Positions 27,365-41,387 of a DNA stretch of 64,000 bases are shown here, piece by piece (positions within the stretch are counted from its first letter, which is position 1; each line of letters opens with the position of its first letter). The stretch comes from Octopus vulgaris (lineage: Eukaryota): contig OX597825.1 of NCBI GenBank assembly GCA_951406725.2, positions 52,948,001 through 53,012,000 of the forward strand, in the 5' to 3' direction. The notes below the pieces were generated by a model. That model was not told where the DNA came from. It was given only the letters and a program-made list of their open reading frames with translations, and did not search any database. The translations under genes and the position numbers were made by a program.

Positions 27365-27665
27365 ACATATATGTATATGTATAAGCGCGCGGATGTGTGC
27401 GTTGGTGATTGAGTGTATGGCTGTATGTGCTTGTGTTTGTATCTATGTGTGGGTGTGTGCATGTGTGTGAGTGTGAGCGTGCGCGTGAAACTGAATAAGA
27501 GTTTATGAAGTTCCTTCAGATTCGATAAAGCAGTGTTTCGCTCTTTTGAAGAACAATTCTCTCCACCTTAATATTCACGTATGCGCGCGCGCGCCCGTGT
27601 GAGTATATGTGTATATGTGTGTGAGTGTGTGTGTTTGTATATTTACAAACATATATATAAATGCA

Positions 27666-27716
<51 letters not shown>

Positions 27717-27771
27717 CATGCATATATATCTACACACACCTCTTTATATACATCAACATAAGTATGTAATC

Positions 27772-27839
<68 letters not shown>

Positions 27840-28236
27840 TTATTTATATACATATATTTATATATATATATATTTAGATATATGTATATATATATATATG
27901 TGTGTGTGAGTGCGTCCATAATATTTATGTATGTTTATAAACGTAACCCTTGCGCTTTTGCAATAAATTAAATCTTTATTATGTGACAATGTTTTAACAA
28001 TATTTCAGCGCTATTTCAGTAACGAAAGTTTATGGTGAAAGGAATGAACGAGCGAATCTTGTAGAAAATGTAAACGTAATGAAACATCTCCTTCTCTCTC
28101 TTTCTCTCTCTCTGTCTATCTATCTATCTATAGGTGTGTGAGTGCCGATCTATGTTTTGTTTTTGTATACAAAAGTTATACATCCCTTCTTCAGTGCACA
28201 CATTATATATATGTCCACATACATACACGCATACAG

Positions 28237-28278
<42 letters not shown>

Positions 28279-28353
28279 TTATATACATATATATACATAT
28301 ATGCACATATACATATATGTATATATACATATATATACACACATATATTTATA

Positions 28354-28400
<47 letters not shown>

Positions 28401-29083
28401 ATATATATACGTATGAATATATATGTATATATTTATGTATATATATATATATATGTGTGTATATATATATATACATATATATATGCATACATACATATGC
28501 GATTACATGTATATAGTAATATACGCATATACATAGAAACCTTGCTTGTAGCTATTAAAAGGGAGAAAAACAAAAATACTTCGCTGAGATTTTTTTTAAA
28601 AGGAAAAAAAGTAGAAACCAATAAAAATAAACAAAGAAATATCTTTAAGTACCAAAAGTTTCTTTTAGAATTTTCTATGCCACAACTTGTATAATTCTAT
28701 TTCGCAGACAACTCTAAACTGAATTATTTGTATCTCATTGAAGAATATTCTCCGTTATAATGGAAGAATATTTAAAAAATGGAAAAATTAGATGAAATAA
28801 TAAAACAAAAAGACTAAAATGCTAGAATGTCATAAAAATAGAAGACGGCTTCATAAAGCAGATGTTAAAAAATATGTTTTGAAAAAATAATATTACTGAA
28901 TTTTCTTTTGGCGAATAGGGAAAAAGGCATAAAATTTCATCTTCTCAGATATTTTAGCACTATACTCTGTCATCCATATTTTTGTTAATATAACGCGCGC
29001 AAGAGTACGCACACACAGACACACACACACACACACAAGCACACACAGAGAAACATACACATACATATGCACACACATGTATG

Positions 29084-29117
<34 letters not shown>

Positions 29118-29118
<1 letters not shown>

Positions 29119-29335
29119 TTCTCTTTTACTTGTTTCAGTCAATTGGCTGCGGCCATACTGGAGCGCCACCTTTAGTCGACTGGGAACTTATTCTGTGTAA
29201 GCCTAGTACTTATTCATTCGCTCTCTTTTGTCGAACTGCTAATTTACGGGGACGTAAGCACACCAGCATCGGTTGTCAAGCAATGTTGGGGAGACAAACA
29301 CAGACACACAAACATATAGACACATACACACACAC

Positions 29336-29404
<69 letters not shown>

Positions 29405-29429
29405 GATATATATACATATATATATATAC

Positions 29430-29463
<34 letters not shown>

Positions 29464-29609
29464 GACGGGATTCTTCGAGTTTCCGTAACAAGGCTTTGGT
29501 CGTCCCGAGGCTATAGTAGAAGGCACTCGCCCAAGATGCCACGCAGTGGGACTGAACCCATGACCATGTGGTTGGTAAGCAAGCTACTTACAACACAGCT
29601 ACACCTGCG

Positions 29610-29611
<2 letters not shown>
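29118..29611 (-). mobile_element. SINE family A, full length, with expanded internal (TA)n
   Basis: Reverse complement aligns head to tail with 1808-2190. Confidence 0.9.
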
Positions 29612-29651
<40 letters not shown>

Positions 29652-29655
29652 TATA

Positions 29656-30095
29656 GTTAATCCAAACATGAAAACACAAAGAGAAAACACAACAACGCGA
29701 GGACGTGAAACAAATATAGTATTATTGGACGCTCAGGAAGAAAGGGAAGAAGGAGAGTTTAACGTTTCCAGCGGAGCTCTTCGTCAGAAACATAGGAAAA
29801 GGAAAGATCCAGAGAAGGGAAGACGGAGGAAAAAATCGCCAACGGTACACATGCGGTCACATTTATATATATATATATATATATAGTTAATCCAAACAAG
29901 AAAACACAGAAAAAAACACAGCAACGCACGGACGTGGAACAATTAAAGTATTATTTGACGCTCAGGAAAGAAGGGAAGGAGGGCCTAACGTTTCGAGCGG
30001 AGCTCTTCGTCGGAAACAAGGAAAAGGAAAGATCCCAAGAAGGGAAGACAGAGGAAAAAAATATTTTTGCTGGTGGTGCTCAAGAGATCACATGT
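29656..30095 (-). mobile_element. Tandem ~230-bp Penelope pLTR/retrozyme-like units, each with a minimal HHR
   Basis: Units start gttaatccaaac at 29656 and 29886; HHR motifs at 29757-29791 and 29983-30017. Confidence 0.8.
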
Positions 30096-30864
30096 TGAAA
30101 GAACAGAAGTTGAGAGATAGACGAATTATGATTTTTAAAAACAAGAGAGTTTCAAAAAAAGGAATGTGTGTGGGTGTGTGTGCAAGGATGACAAGTGTGT
30201 TTGTGCGTGCGTGCGTGCGTGCGTGTGTGTGTATGTATGGTGAATAATAAGCATGGCAGGTTAGCTGTCATAAAGGCACTCCTTTATGACAGCTAGCTTG
30301 TTTGTATCCAGCCGGGTCAAAGCCAGGTCAAAAAACAAAGGGGTATATGTGTGTGCGTGTAAGCATATGTATCATGTGTGTGTGTGTTTGTTTGTGTGTG
30401 TGCATGTGTGTGTGCATGTGTGTGTTCGTGTGTGTATGCGTAGAGTGTGGGTGTGTGGCGAGTAACTGTGCTTAACCTAGTGTATGTGTGCGTGTATGTT
30501 TGTACGTGCGTGTGTGTAGTTATCGCCATACTAATATGGCATTCTTAAAAATAAGAATAAAGCTGTCGCTGATTAGCTCCATGAAGCCATCGCCTCAACT
30601 AGCTACTTGACACACAAACTGCGTCCGTTATTGAACCTTCGAACAGGGGAGGTCAGCCGCTTCAACCTGCTAGTCCGACAGCTACAGACATGTTTATGCC
30701 CCTTCTCAATGCAGCGTAGGCAGACCTGCAGGTGTCGCTACTGACCGTCTCCGTTCGAAGATTCTATTTACCTAGTTACGGTGGAATACATCCACTTGTT
30801 TTCAATAATAGAAATATTAAAATTACTAAGTCTCTTCATATATATGTGTGTACGGTATTACAAC

Positions 30865-31650
30865 AAAGTCATGGATCATATTTCTGTGTCTTGCAAGGCA
30901 TTTGAACTCTGTATCAATCTGGACAAGGCTGTTGCAATGTTCTATCCTGCGCCAGGAAGCCCATACATGAAGCCATCTATCTCAGCAGATCGAACAATAT
31001 TGAAAGTAGCACACTCAAACATTCTTGCTCCTTGGATTATAAAACATCTTTAATGATTCATGGGGCAAACGATTCCTTCGGGGTTCTTGTATCTCGCGTC
31101 TCATCATAACATGGCATCAGAAGGCGAACAAAAGTTGACTTGTACTGTACGTGTCTGCTGATATTGCTCATTTATTCATATGTAACATGGCTCCTTTACA
31201 GGCTTCATGTAAGTTTCTTTAGGAGCCGGCATCCCGAATATTGAAGTGATGGTGCACAAACCCCGATTGTGCTGGACTAAGTACCTTGTTCAGAAGAGCC
31301 CTAGCAGATGTTAAATGTTGAATTTGTTTCTGAAAAGTATCCCCAGCAGAAATCAAGACAACGGTACAGGGACTGTATCAAATTCTCGCTGAAGGATGTG
31401 AGATATAGAAGATCAACTGGAAAAGTAATGTTTGTCATCGCCACCAATAGAGAAAACGCGTTATGGAAGAAATGATTATCTTTGAAGAAACTCGCATTTC
31501 GCATGGTGAATTTAAGCGAGCCTTTCGAAATCGCCACAGCCAGTGTAGTGAATGGGGAAATTTCGTCTGCGGTATCTGCGGACATGTATGTCCATCAAGA
31601 GCTAGGTTCATTAGGCAGTAGCAATGTCACAAGTATAAAATAAGATTTTG
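30865..31650 (+). mobile_element. RTE-clade LINE 3' fragment (RT C-terminal region), decayed
   Basis: VMDHISVSCKAFELCINLDKAVAMFYPAPG..YMKPSI and QKSRQRYRDCIKFSLK, typical RTE motifs (FGL.INL.KT; QKKRYKD.LK). Confidence 0.75.
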
Positions 31651-31749
31651 TCTGAGTGCAGTGTTCTTACAGGTTAGTGATGACGGTCAGGAGTATGTAT
31701 GCATGTATATATGTATATATACGCCCCACAAATATACACATATATATTC

Positions 31750-32089
31750 TGAGACCCCCTTTGGTCACGACACAGACCATGGGATTGCACCTAGAAAGTT
31801 ACCCTCCCAGGCACAAGTCGGGGCAAGGTTGTTTATGGAAGACCAGCAGTCGCCTATGAATACCAGCCCTCTCCACGCCACCAGTGTTATCCAAGAGAAA
31901 GGCAACGGCCGATACAGCTTGGCACCTGTGACGTCGCAACTCATTTCTACAGCTGAGTGAATTGGAGCAACGTGAAATAAAGTGTCTTGCTCACTCAAGA
32001 ACACAACATGCAGCCCGATCCGAGATTCGAGCTCACAACCTCACGATCGTAAGCTCGCCGCTCTAACCACTGAGCCATGCGCCTTCACA
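31750..32089 (-). mobile_element. CORE-type tRNA-derived SINE (distinct tail; resembles Octopus OR2)
   Basis: Reverse strand gaaggcgcatggctcagtggttagagc...gagctcgaatctc, CORE-like gagcaagacactttatttcacgttgctccaattcactcagctgtagaaatgag. The OR2 name is from memory. Confidence 0.8.
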
Positions 32090-32500
32090 CATACACATAT
32101 ATATATATACAGCAAAAATACTAATAAAGAAAAGCAGATCTTTAATTGGTGATTCCTCCATACAAAGCTTTGTTAACATTGTGTTGGCACGTATTTTCGG
32201 ATATAATAATTTGACTGATAATTTTCTGTATCTAAATATGTTGGTACAACAGAAATGATCGTCGGTATAATGTGGTGGAATCAGTAATTAAAGATGTGGG
32301 TTTCTCCATTAGCATTTTTGTTGTCTTATACTCTGGATTTCTTGAAATTCTTCTAAGTGGTACTTGGATCTATTTGTCATACATGAGGAACTACTCTGGA
32401 TGTATATTCTGCTTGCATTTATTAGAGTTTGATTGTTTGATATAGTTAACTAAATTCGTTTAACACTAAGTGCTTTATTGATATCTGCCTGGAATTTTAT

Positions 32501-32630
32501 TTCATTCATTCATTCATTCATTCATTCATTCATTCTTCTTCTTCTTCTTCTTCTTCTTCTTCTTCTTCTTCTTCTTCTTCTTCTTCTTCTTCTTCTTCTT
32601 CTTCTTCTTCTTCTTCTTCTTCTTCTTCTA
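32501..32630 (+). repeat. (TTCA)n(TTC)n microsatellite
   Basis: Directly visible. Confidence 0.95.
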
Positions 32631-32973
32631 CTTTCTCCTATCTCTCCGTGTATATTTATATTTTCCTAACTCATATCTGGTGATTTTGCCGTGTCTAAAG
32701 ATTACCGATCTTTTCACATAAACGCTGTGCATGGCATTTGAATTCAAAGCTTGATTGTGTAGATAGAGTTGACGACATTTCTATTGCCGGTCGGGATTCA
32801 TGCTAGCTCCAAGGTAAAGTCTTGTTTTGATTTCTATCTTTAGGAATATTTCACTAACGCTGAAATTGCAATAGGGAATTAACCATTTTTTTCAAGTTGT
32901 GGATTCTTTCTATTTGCCATGTCGCGCCCGAGGAAGATTTTATCGTAAGGAAAAATGGTATGAGTTAATAATG

Positions 32974-33376
32974 GTAGAGAGTCACAAAAGCAATCCAAGG
33001 GCCAACAGTTTCGTGCCGAGCACTAACAAATATGTGTACCAATATAGGCATAGCCGTGTAACTCAGAAGTTTACTACATAGTTATGTACTTTCCTGTTCA
33101 CTCTCACTACGCGCTGAATAGTGCAACTATCTACTATACCCCATGGCCAACCAATGTCTTTTGAGGGAATTTGGTAGTCGGAAACTGTGTGGTTTTGGCT
33201 GCTATTTTTAACATGTAAAAGGTTTTTATTAACTCTCCTAGTTATAATTGTGACTCGTTCATAATTATGTACTTTTTTCTTCTATTTTATGAATAGACGT
33301 TTGGCCATTGATATATTCATAAATAAACTTATTTATTCATAATATATCCTTCGTAATGTTTTTACATTACGCTTTT

Positions 33377-33459
<83 letters not shown>

Positions 33460-33894
33460 GGTGAGTATTGAGCCCATCCCTGATCGATATACTCGTTCGT
33501 CCCCAAAAATGTTTAGCAGCATATTTTTCTGGTTCCTTACATTGAGTTCAAATTCTGCTTGATAAAATAAGTGCTAGTTGAGCAGAAATGTTCATGTAAT
33601 CGACTTGAACGCTCCTATCAAAATTGTCGGTAGTGAACCAAAATTCGAAAGAATGATTTAGAATAATTATCAGTCAGTAGAAAGTCACAAAAGCAACCCA
33701 AGGGTCAAAAGTTTCGTGCCGAGCACTAACAAATATATGTATCAATATAGGCATAGCCGGGTAGCTCAGAAGTTTACCTTATAATCATGTGCTTTCCTGT
33801 TCATTCCCACTGCGCGCCGAATATTGCAACTATCAACTATACCCCAGGGCCAACCAATGTCTTGTGAGGGAATTTGGTAGTGGAAACTGTGTGG
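32974..33894 (+). repeat. Local direct duplication (~220 bp; 32974-33192 and 33677-33894)
   Basis: Both copies contain agtcacaaaagcaa...gtttcgtgccgagcactaacaaatat...gagggaatttggtagt...ggaaactgtgtgg. Confidence 0.9.
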
Positions 33895-33997
33895 AAGACT
33901 ATCTCGCATATAAATACATGTATGTGTACTGGTATTTGTATATATTTATGTAGCTATGCATGGATTGTCTCGTCGGGAAGGAGAAATGGGGTTTCAG

Positions 33998-34205
33998 TTA
34001 GATAAAGCGGTAATCATGTTTTATGAATGCGAATTTGTCTGTTGAGGCCTGCTGGTGCCTTGCAAACCTTTTGGCGTATGGATCAAGTTTAGGACTCTGC
34101 TCGAGTGGTTGTGGATCATTTACTATGTGATTTCTTGAGTGGACGGACAGGCCTGCTTTGTTCCATGTCACAAAACCACAATGACAGGTAAAGCATGTGT
34201 GTATG
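33998..34205 (-). mobile_element. RTE-like LINE extreme 3' end (C2H2-like zinc fingers)
   Basis: Reverse translation FTCHCGFVTWNKAGLSVHSRNH and ICQKVCKAPAGLNRQIRIH. Confidence 0.55.
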
Positions 34206-34231
34206 TGTAATATATATATATAATATATATA

Positions 34232-34613
34232 TGTGTGGTAAGCAGCTTGTCTACCAACCACATGGTTCTGGGTTCAGTCCCACTGCGTGGGACCTTGGGC
34301 AAGCGTCTTCTACTATAGCGACGGGCCGACCAATGCCTTTTGAGTGGATTTGGTAGACGGAAACTGAAAGAAGCCCGTCGTATGTATATATATGCGTGTG
34401 TGTGTTTGTGTGTCTGTGTTTGTCCCCCCACCATCGGTTGACAACCGATGCTGGTGTGTTTATGTCCCCGTTACTTAGCGGTTCGGCAAGAGAGACCGAT
34501 AGAATAAGTACTGGGCTTACAAAAGAATAAATCCCGTGCTCGAGTTGCTCGATTAGAGGCGGTGCTCCAGCATGGCCGCAGTCAAATGACTGAAAAGAGT
34601 AAAAGAGTAAAAG
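34232..34613 (+). mobile_element. SINE family A
   Basis: Close match to 1808-2190 and 37660-37995. Confidence 0.9.
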
Positions 34614-34677
34614 ATATATATATACATCGTCTTCTAAATGTTTCACGTTCTTGTCCCAGTTTGTATTTTTTTACATT

Positions 34678-34717
<40 letters not shown>

Positions 34718-34729
34718 TTTTACTCTTTT

Positions 34730-34930
34730 ACGATCGCCATGCTAGATCGCTAAATCCACAAGGTTTTTTTTAATTTTCTCCCTGTTTATGTTCTGTTATT
34801 GTGTTTTGTTGAAGAGCTTAAACTTGAAATGTAGAAGACTTTCTCACTTTCCTGAGCGTCAAACTAATGCACCTGCTCGTTGTTCATACATCTATCTTCG
34901 TCTTTTGTTTTCTTGTAAATTTCAACTTTA
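34730..34930 (+). mobile_element. Penelope-type terminal repeat with decayed HHR
   Basis: Homologous to 16644-16860(-): gatcgccatg...ttgttgaagagcttaaacttgaaatgtagaagac...ttcctgagcgtc. Confidence 0.55.
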
Positions 34931-36056
34931 TATATCTCTCTCTATATATACACACAAAGTATTTAATTATATAATCATAATAAGGGCAACTACTGGGTAG
35001 CGCCACATGCTAGAAGAAGACATCAAATGGCTCTAAAACTCCAAAATGGATTGGTCTTCAATTATTTTCCACTCTCCCCCCTTTTCTGCCAACCATAGCT
35101 GAGCTGACGTTTAGACATACCGAAGTGTGAATACATTTTGGTGGGAAGAATTCCTGGGATACATTTAAACCTGCTTAGTATCTGTCAACTCAGTAATAAC
35201 AATGAGAAATAATGGTGTGAATTTGCTAGGGAGCAACTACTTTTCTCAACTAAGAAATATTATTCCCCAGTAAAGACAAAGATTCACGAAGCTCTATGAA
35301 TCCAACATTCTCAGCCACATGATGCCTTAAAACTTTCCCCTTAACACTGTTCCTTCCTTAAATCACATATATATCTTTCTCAGTCTCAGTACAAACCATG
35401 GGTTATAATCTCAGTTAGACATGCACACGAGGAGGCGATAGGGGTGAAAAAAAGTGACTTTTAATATTTAATCCCATTATTATCATGCCGCCTCAGGACA
35501 CCATGGTTTTTCTTTCTCTATTCCTTGGTTCTCTCTGTGTCTGTCTGACTGTCTGTCTGTCTCTGTCTCTGTGTCTCTGTCTCTGTCTCTGTGTCTTTGT
35601 CTCTCCCTCTCTCCCTCTCTTTGTGAAAGCATATGAAGTTCAAATACGTTCAGCTGCCATATTATAAATTTCTAGTTTTTCTTGCCCAGTACCTGTCCAT
35701 GTTAATTAAGAATAGCTTTGCTATTTTAACTTACTCTTTTAATAGGCAAAACTTTTTACAGACACAAAATAATTTTTATCGAGACAAAACTCAAAAATTA
35801 TAAAATCAAAAACATATCAATATATTTCAAAATTTTAAATTAATCAGAAAGTAAATTTTAATAAATTGACCAAAAGAAAATCATTAAAAACGGCATTGAG
35901 GAATCTGAGGGGAAAGAATAATGACAGTAAATCAGCAATAAAGGAATTGAATGAAGCCAGCGAAGCAAATACTACAGCAAATATGAATCGGTCTGTTTGA
36001 GACAAAGTGGGTATGATTGCGTTAACATTCGCACAAAGAATACTCGAATACATCAT

Positions 36057-36176
36057 GTGGCAATCCAAACAACAGATAGCAAACTTCCTGATCCAATAGT
36101 TGTCACGTAGACCCTTGCGATGGCGCTTGGCATCTCCCTTGCTCACATCTTTGCTGTCTTTACTGCATCTAATAGT
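36057..36176 (-). pseudogene. H4: Histone H4 5' pseudogene fragment (about residues 1-40)
   Basis: RCSKDSKDVSKGDAKRHRKGLRDN-YWIRKFAICCLDCH aligns to H4 [39 protein letters not shown]; no start ATG, and the rest of H4 was not found. Confidence 0.8.
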
Positions 36177-37327
36177 GATGATCAGGATGAGAGTGATAAA
36201 AACGAGGAGAAAAATGGCTGTAAAACTTTGCAAAACAAATGGTATAAAATAACACATTGCCAAAACCGAAAACAATTCTTAAAACTTTAATACACAAAGT
36301 TCATTTTGAAGTTTTTCTTGATTCTATTGATATACAAATTAAAACAATAATTTTAAGAATCATTTAGAAAAACAAATACTTCCCATGTGATATATATAAC
36401 AATAATACTTTTCAATTCCCATGTCCAATATTTATCAAATTTTCCTATGTTTGATTAATTATTTCTAATATAATCAAACTCCTAAATTTGGTGCTTCAGC
36501 GTTTCATCTATTATTGAAATTATTAATTTTTACTATTAATTTTTACTGTTTAGCTTGAAAATAAACACAGAAAGCTAATCTTTGCTTAACAATTATGAAA
36601 TAAATCTTTATTTCAAAGAGGCGCAAAGTAGCCTATTTATATGTATGCTAAAATCTTAGGATAATCTTATTCTTAAGTATTCTTGGCATTTAAAGAAATT
36701 TGAATGAAAATGCTGAAATCTCGTCTTGGTTATCAAAATTGAATGAATATGAAAATTACATTTATATATAACGTTGCACCTAACACCACTGCTTTTACAT
36801 TAAAGTCACAGACAAACCTGATATCTTCGCCCATATGACCCGTACTCCACATACGTTTTTATTAAATACATACATTTTCAAACTATTGGAAAATCGGAAA
36901 ATGTTTATTTTGTGCAATATTATATTCCAAAATACCTGCACTGTCGATATATTTAGGTAGAAATAAATCGAGAGGAGACCTTGACTGAATCGGATCAATG
37001 TTTGAAAGCAAGTGTTATGCAAAAGTTTTTATTCTCAGAAATTTTAAAGTTTGTTTACAAAAAGTTTAATGTCACAATATTTATTAATATTCACTATCAA
37101 ATTTTATTATCGTTTTGGCGTCATGAGGTGTTTCTATAATACCATGTTGACGCGTATTTTCACACAGACCTCTTAATAAGTCTTAATTATACTATTATTT
37201 TCCAATATAGAGAGCATAGATATAATAATTAAAAAACGGTATTGGCGGCACACAGTTTTCGATTTTAGCACATTTTGAACCATAATTTATCTACTGCACA
37301 TAATTTAAATAATTTCTTTCATTCAGA

Positions 37328-37374
<47 letters not shown>

Positions 37375-37606
37375 AATATATATCAGTATTTTTGTGTGTT
37401 TGTGTGTCTGTAAATGTGATTTATCTGTATGTGTGTCCACTTTGTATTGAGAAGTTAAAAAATGAACAACCACATATGTATATTATTATTTGCCATCTCA
37501 CAAGGAACTTTGTTTAATATTCATTTTGATAAATTGCTGACACAACTTTCAAAAACGAAATTGGTGGTACGTTTGAAAAATACGTGAGTCTTTCTTCATC
37601 CTTCAA

Positions 37607-37644
<38 letters not shown>

Positions 37645-37995
37645 GCCCAAGGTGCCACGCACCTTGGGCAAGTGTCTTCTACTATAGCCTCGGGCCGACC
37701 AAAGCCTTGTGAGTGGATTTGGTAGACGGAAACTGAAAGAAGCCCGTCGTATATATGTATATATATGTATGTATGTGCGTGTATGTTTGTGTGTCTGTTT
37801 GTCCCCCTAGCATTGCTTGACAACCGATGCTGGTGTGTTTACGTCCCCGTCACTTAGCGGTTCGGCAAAAGAGACCGATAGAATAAGTACTGGGCTTACA
37901 AAGAATAAGTCCCGGGGTCGAGTTGCTCGATTAAAGGCGGTGCTCCAGCATGGCCGCAGTCAAAATGACTGAAACAAAAGAGAGAAAAAAGAGAA
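37645..37995 (+). mobile_element. SINE family A, 5'-truncated with small inversion
   Basis: Body nearly identical to 34293-34613; begins gcccaaggtg-ccacg-caccttgggc. Confidence 0.9.
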
Positions 37996-38004
37996 ATATA
38001 TATA

Positions 38005-40543
<2,539 letters not shown>

Positions 40544-41256
40544 GTGATGGAGTAGAATGATAATGAAGATGATGATATTGCACATGTATTTTTGTACGCA
40601 TGAAAATATCTCTGTATATATACTATATGACACCGTATGTTTGCGTGTGTGCGTGCATGTATATGTATGTGTGTGTGTGTTCTGTTGTATTGTCCACACG
40701 GTGCTATATATTTCCGCCAATCTTGCACATATTCACATACTCAGAAATACACACATATATATTCATAAATTTATGCCTAAGGATTAGGTTTCTTATTTTC
40801 CTTAGAATAAAAATAATTAAATGTGTTTCTTGACAAGAAAGTTGGAAAGCGTTCCCTAAAAGTATATTCTCTTTTAGCAAAATAAAGGCAGAGAAATAAT
40901 CAATTATGAATTCAAAAGGAAGAATAACATGATTTTTAATCGGACACTAAACCAGAAATAATCGACATTGCTGCTAAAAATAACTGTCTCAACACAAACT
41001 TACGTTTTTGAAAAACTGAAAACAGCAAATTACAGATAACAGAAAACAAAATTTACATAAAATATGCTTTTTAAAATAATTTTTAATATAATTGATAATT
41101 CTTAATTTACGCAAATCCCTATTGAAATATTGCATCTGTATCAAAAATGTTTAAAAATAAAACAGCAAAGAGAAATCAGAGGAGAAATACAACTTAATAT
41201 TAAAGTTCCTACGCGCGTTTCACCAAGAAAGTTAATTGAAGCTCTGTGATATAAGT

Positions 41257-41387
41257 TCCAAATGCATATAGCTGTTCAATTACGATGAATCCTTAAGGAA
41301 CCCTTTATTGTATCAAGTCCGTTTATAACGATGCAATAAAGTGTTCCATGAGGATCCGTTGAAGTTGAGCTTCTTTATGCAATTGGA
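41257..41387 (+). ncRNA. Candidate structured RNA / pre-miRNA-like long hairpin
   Basis: ~58-bp imperfect stem with a 15-nt loop; mismatches are mostly G-U on the + strand. Confidence 0.4.

Noticed and set aside
32130-32480. Possible minus-strand Dong 3' remnant
   Set aside because: Motifs are too decayed to call confidently.
35844-36275. 143-aa ORF as a membrane protein
   Set aside because: Non-ATG start; the hydrophobicity reflects T-rich DNA, and the only recognisable part is the decayed H4 fragment.
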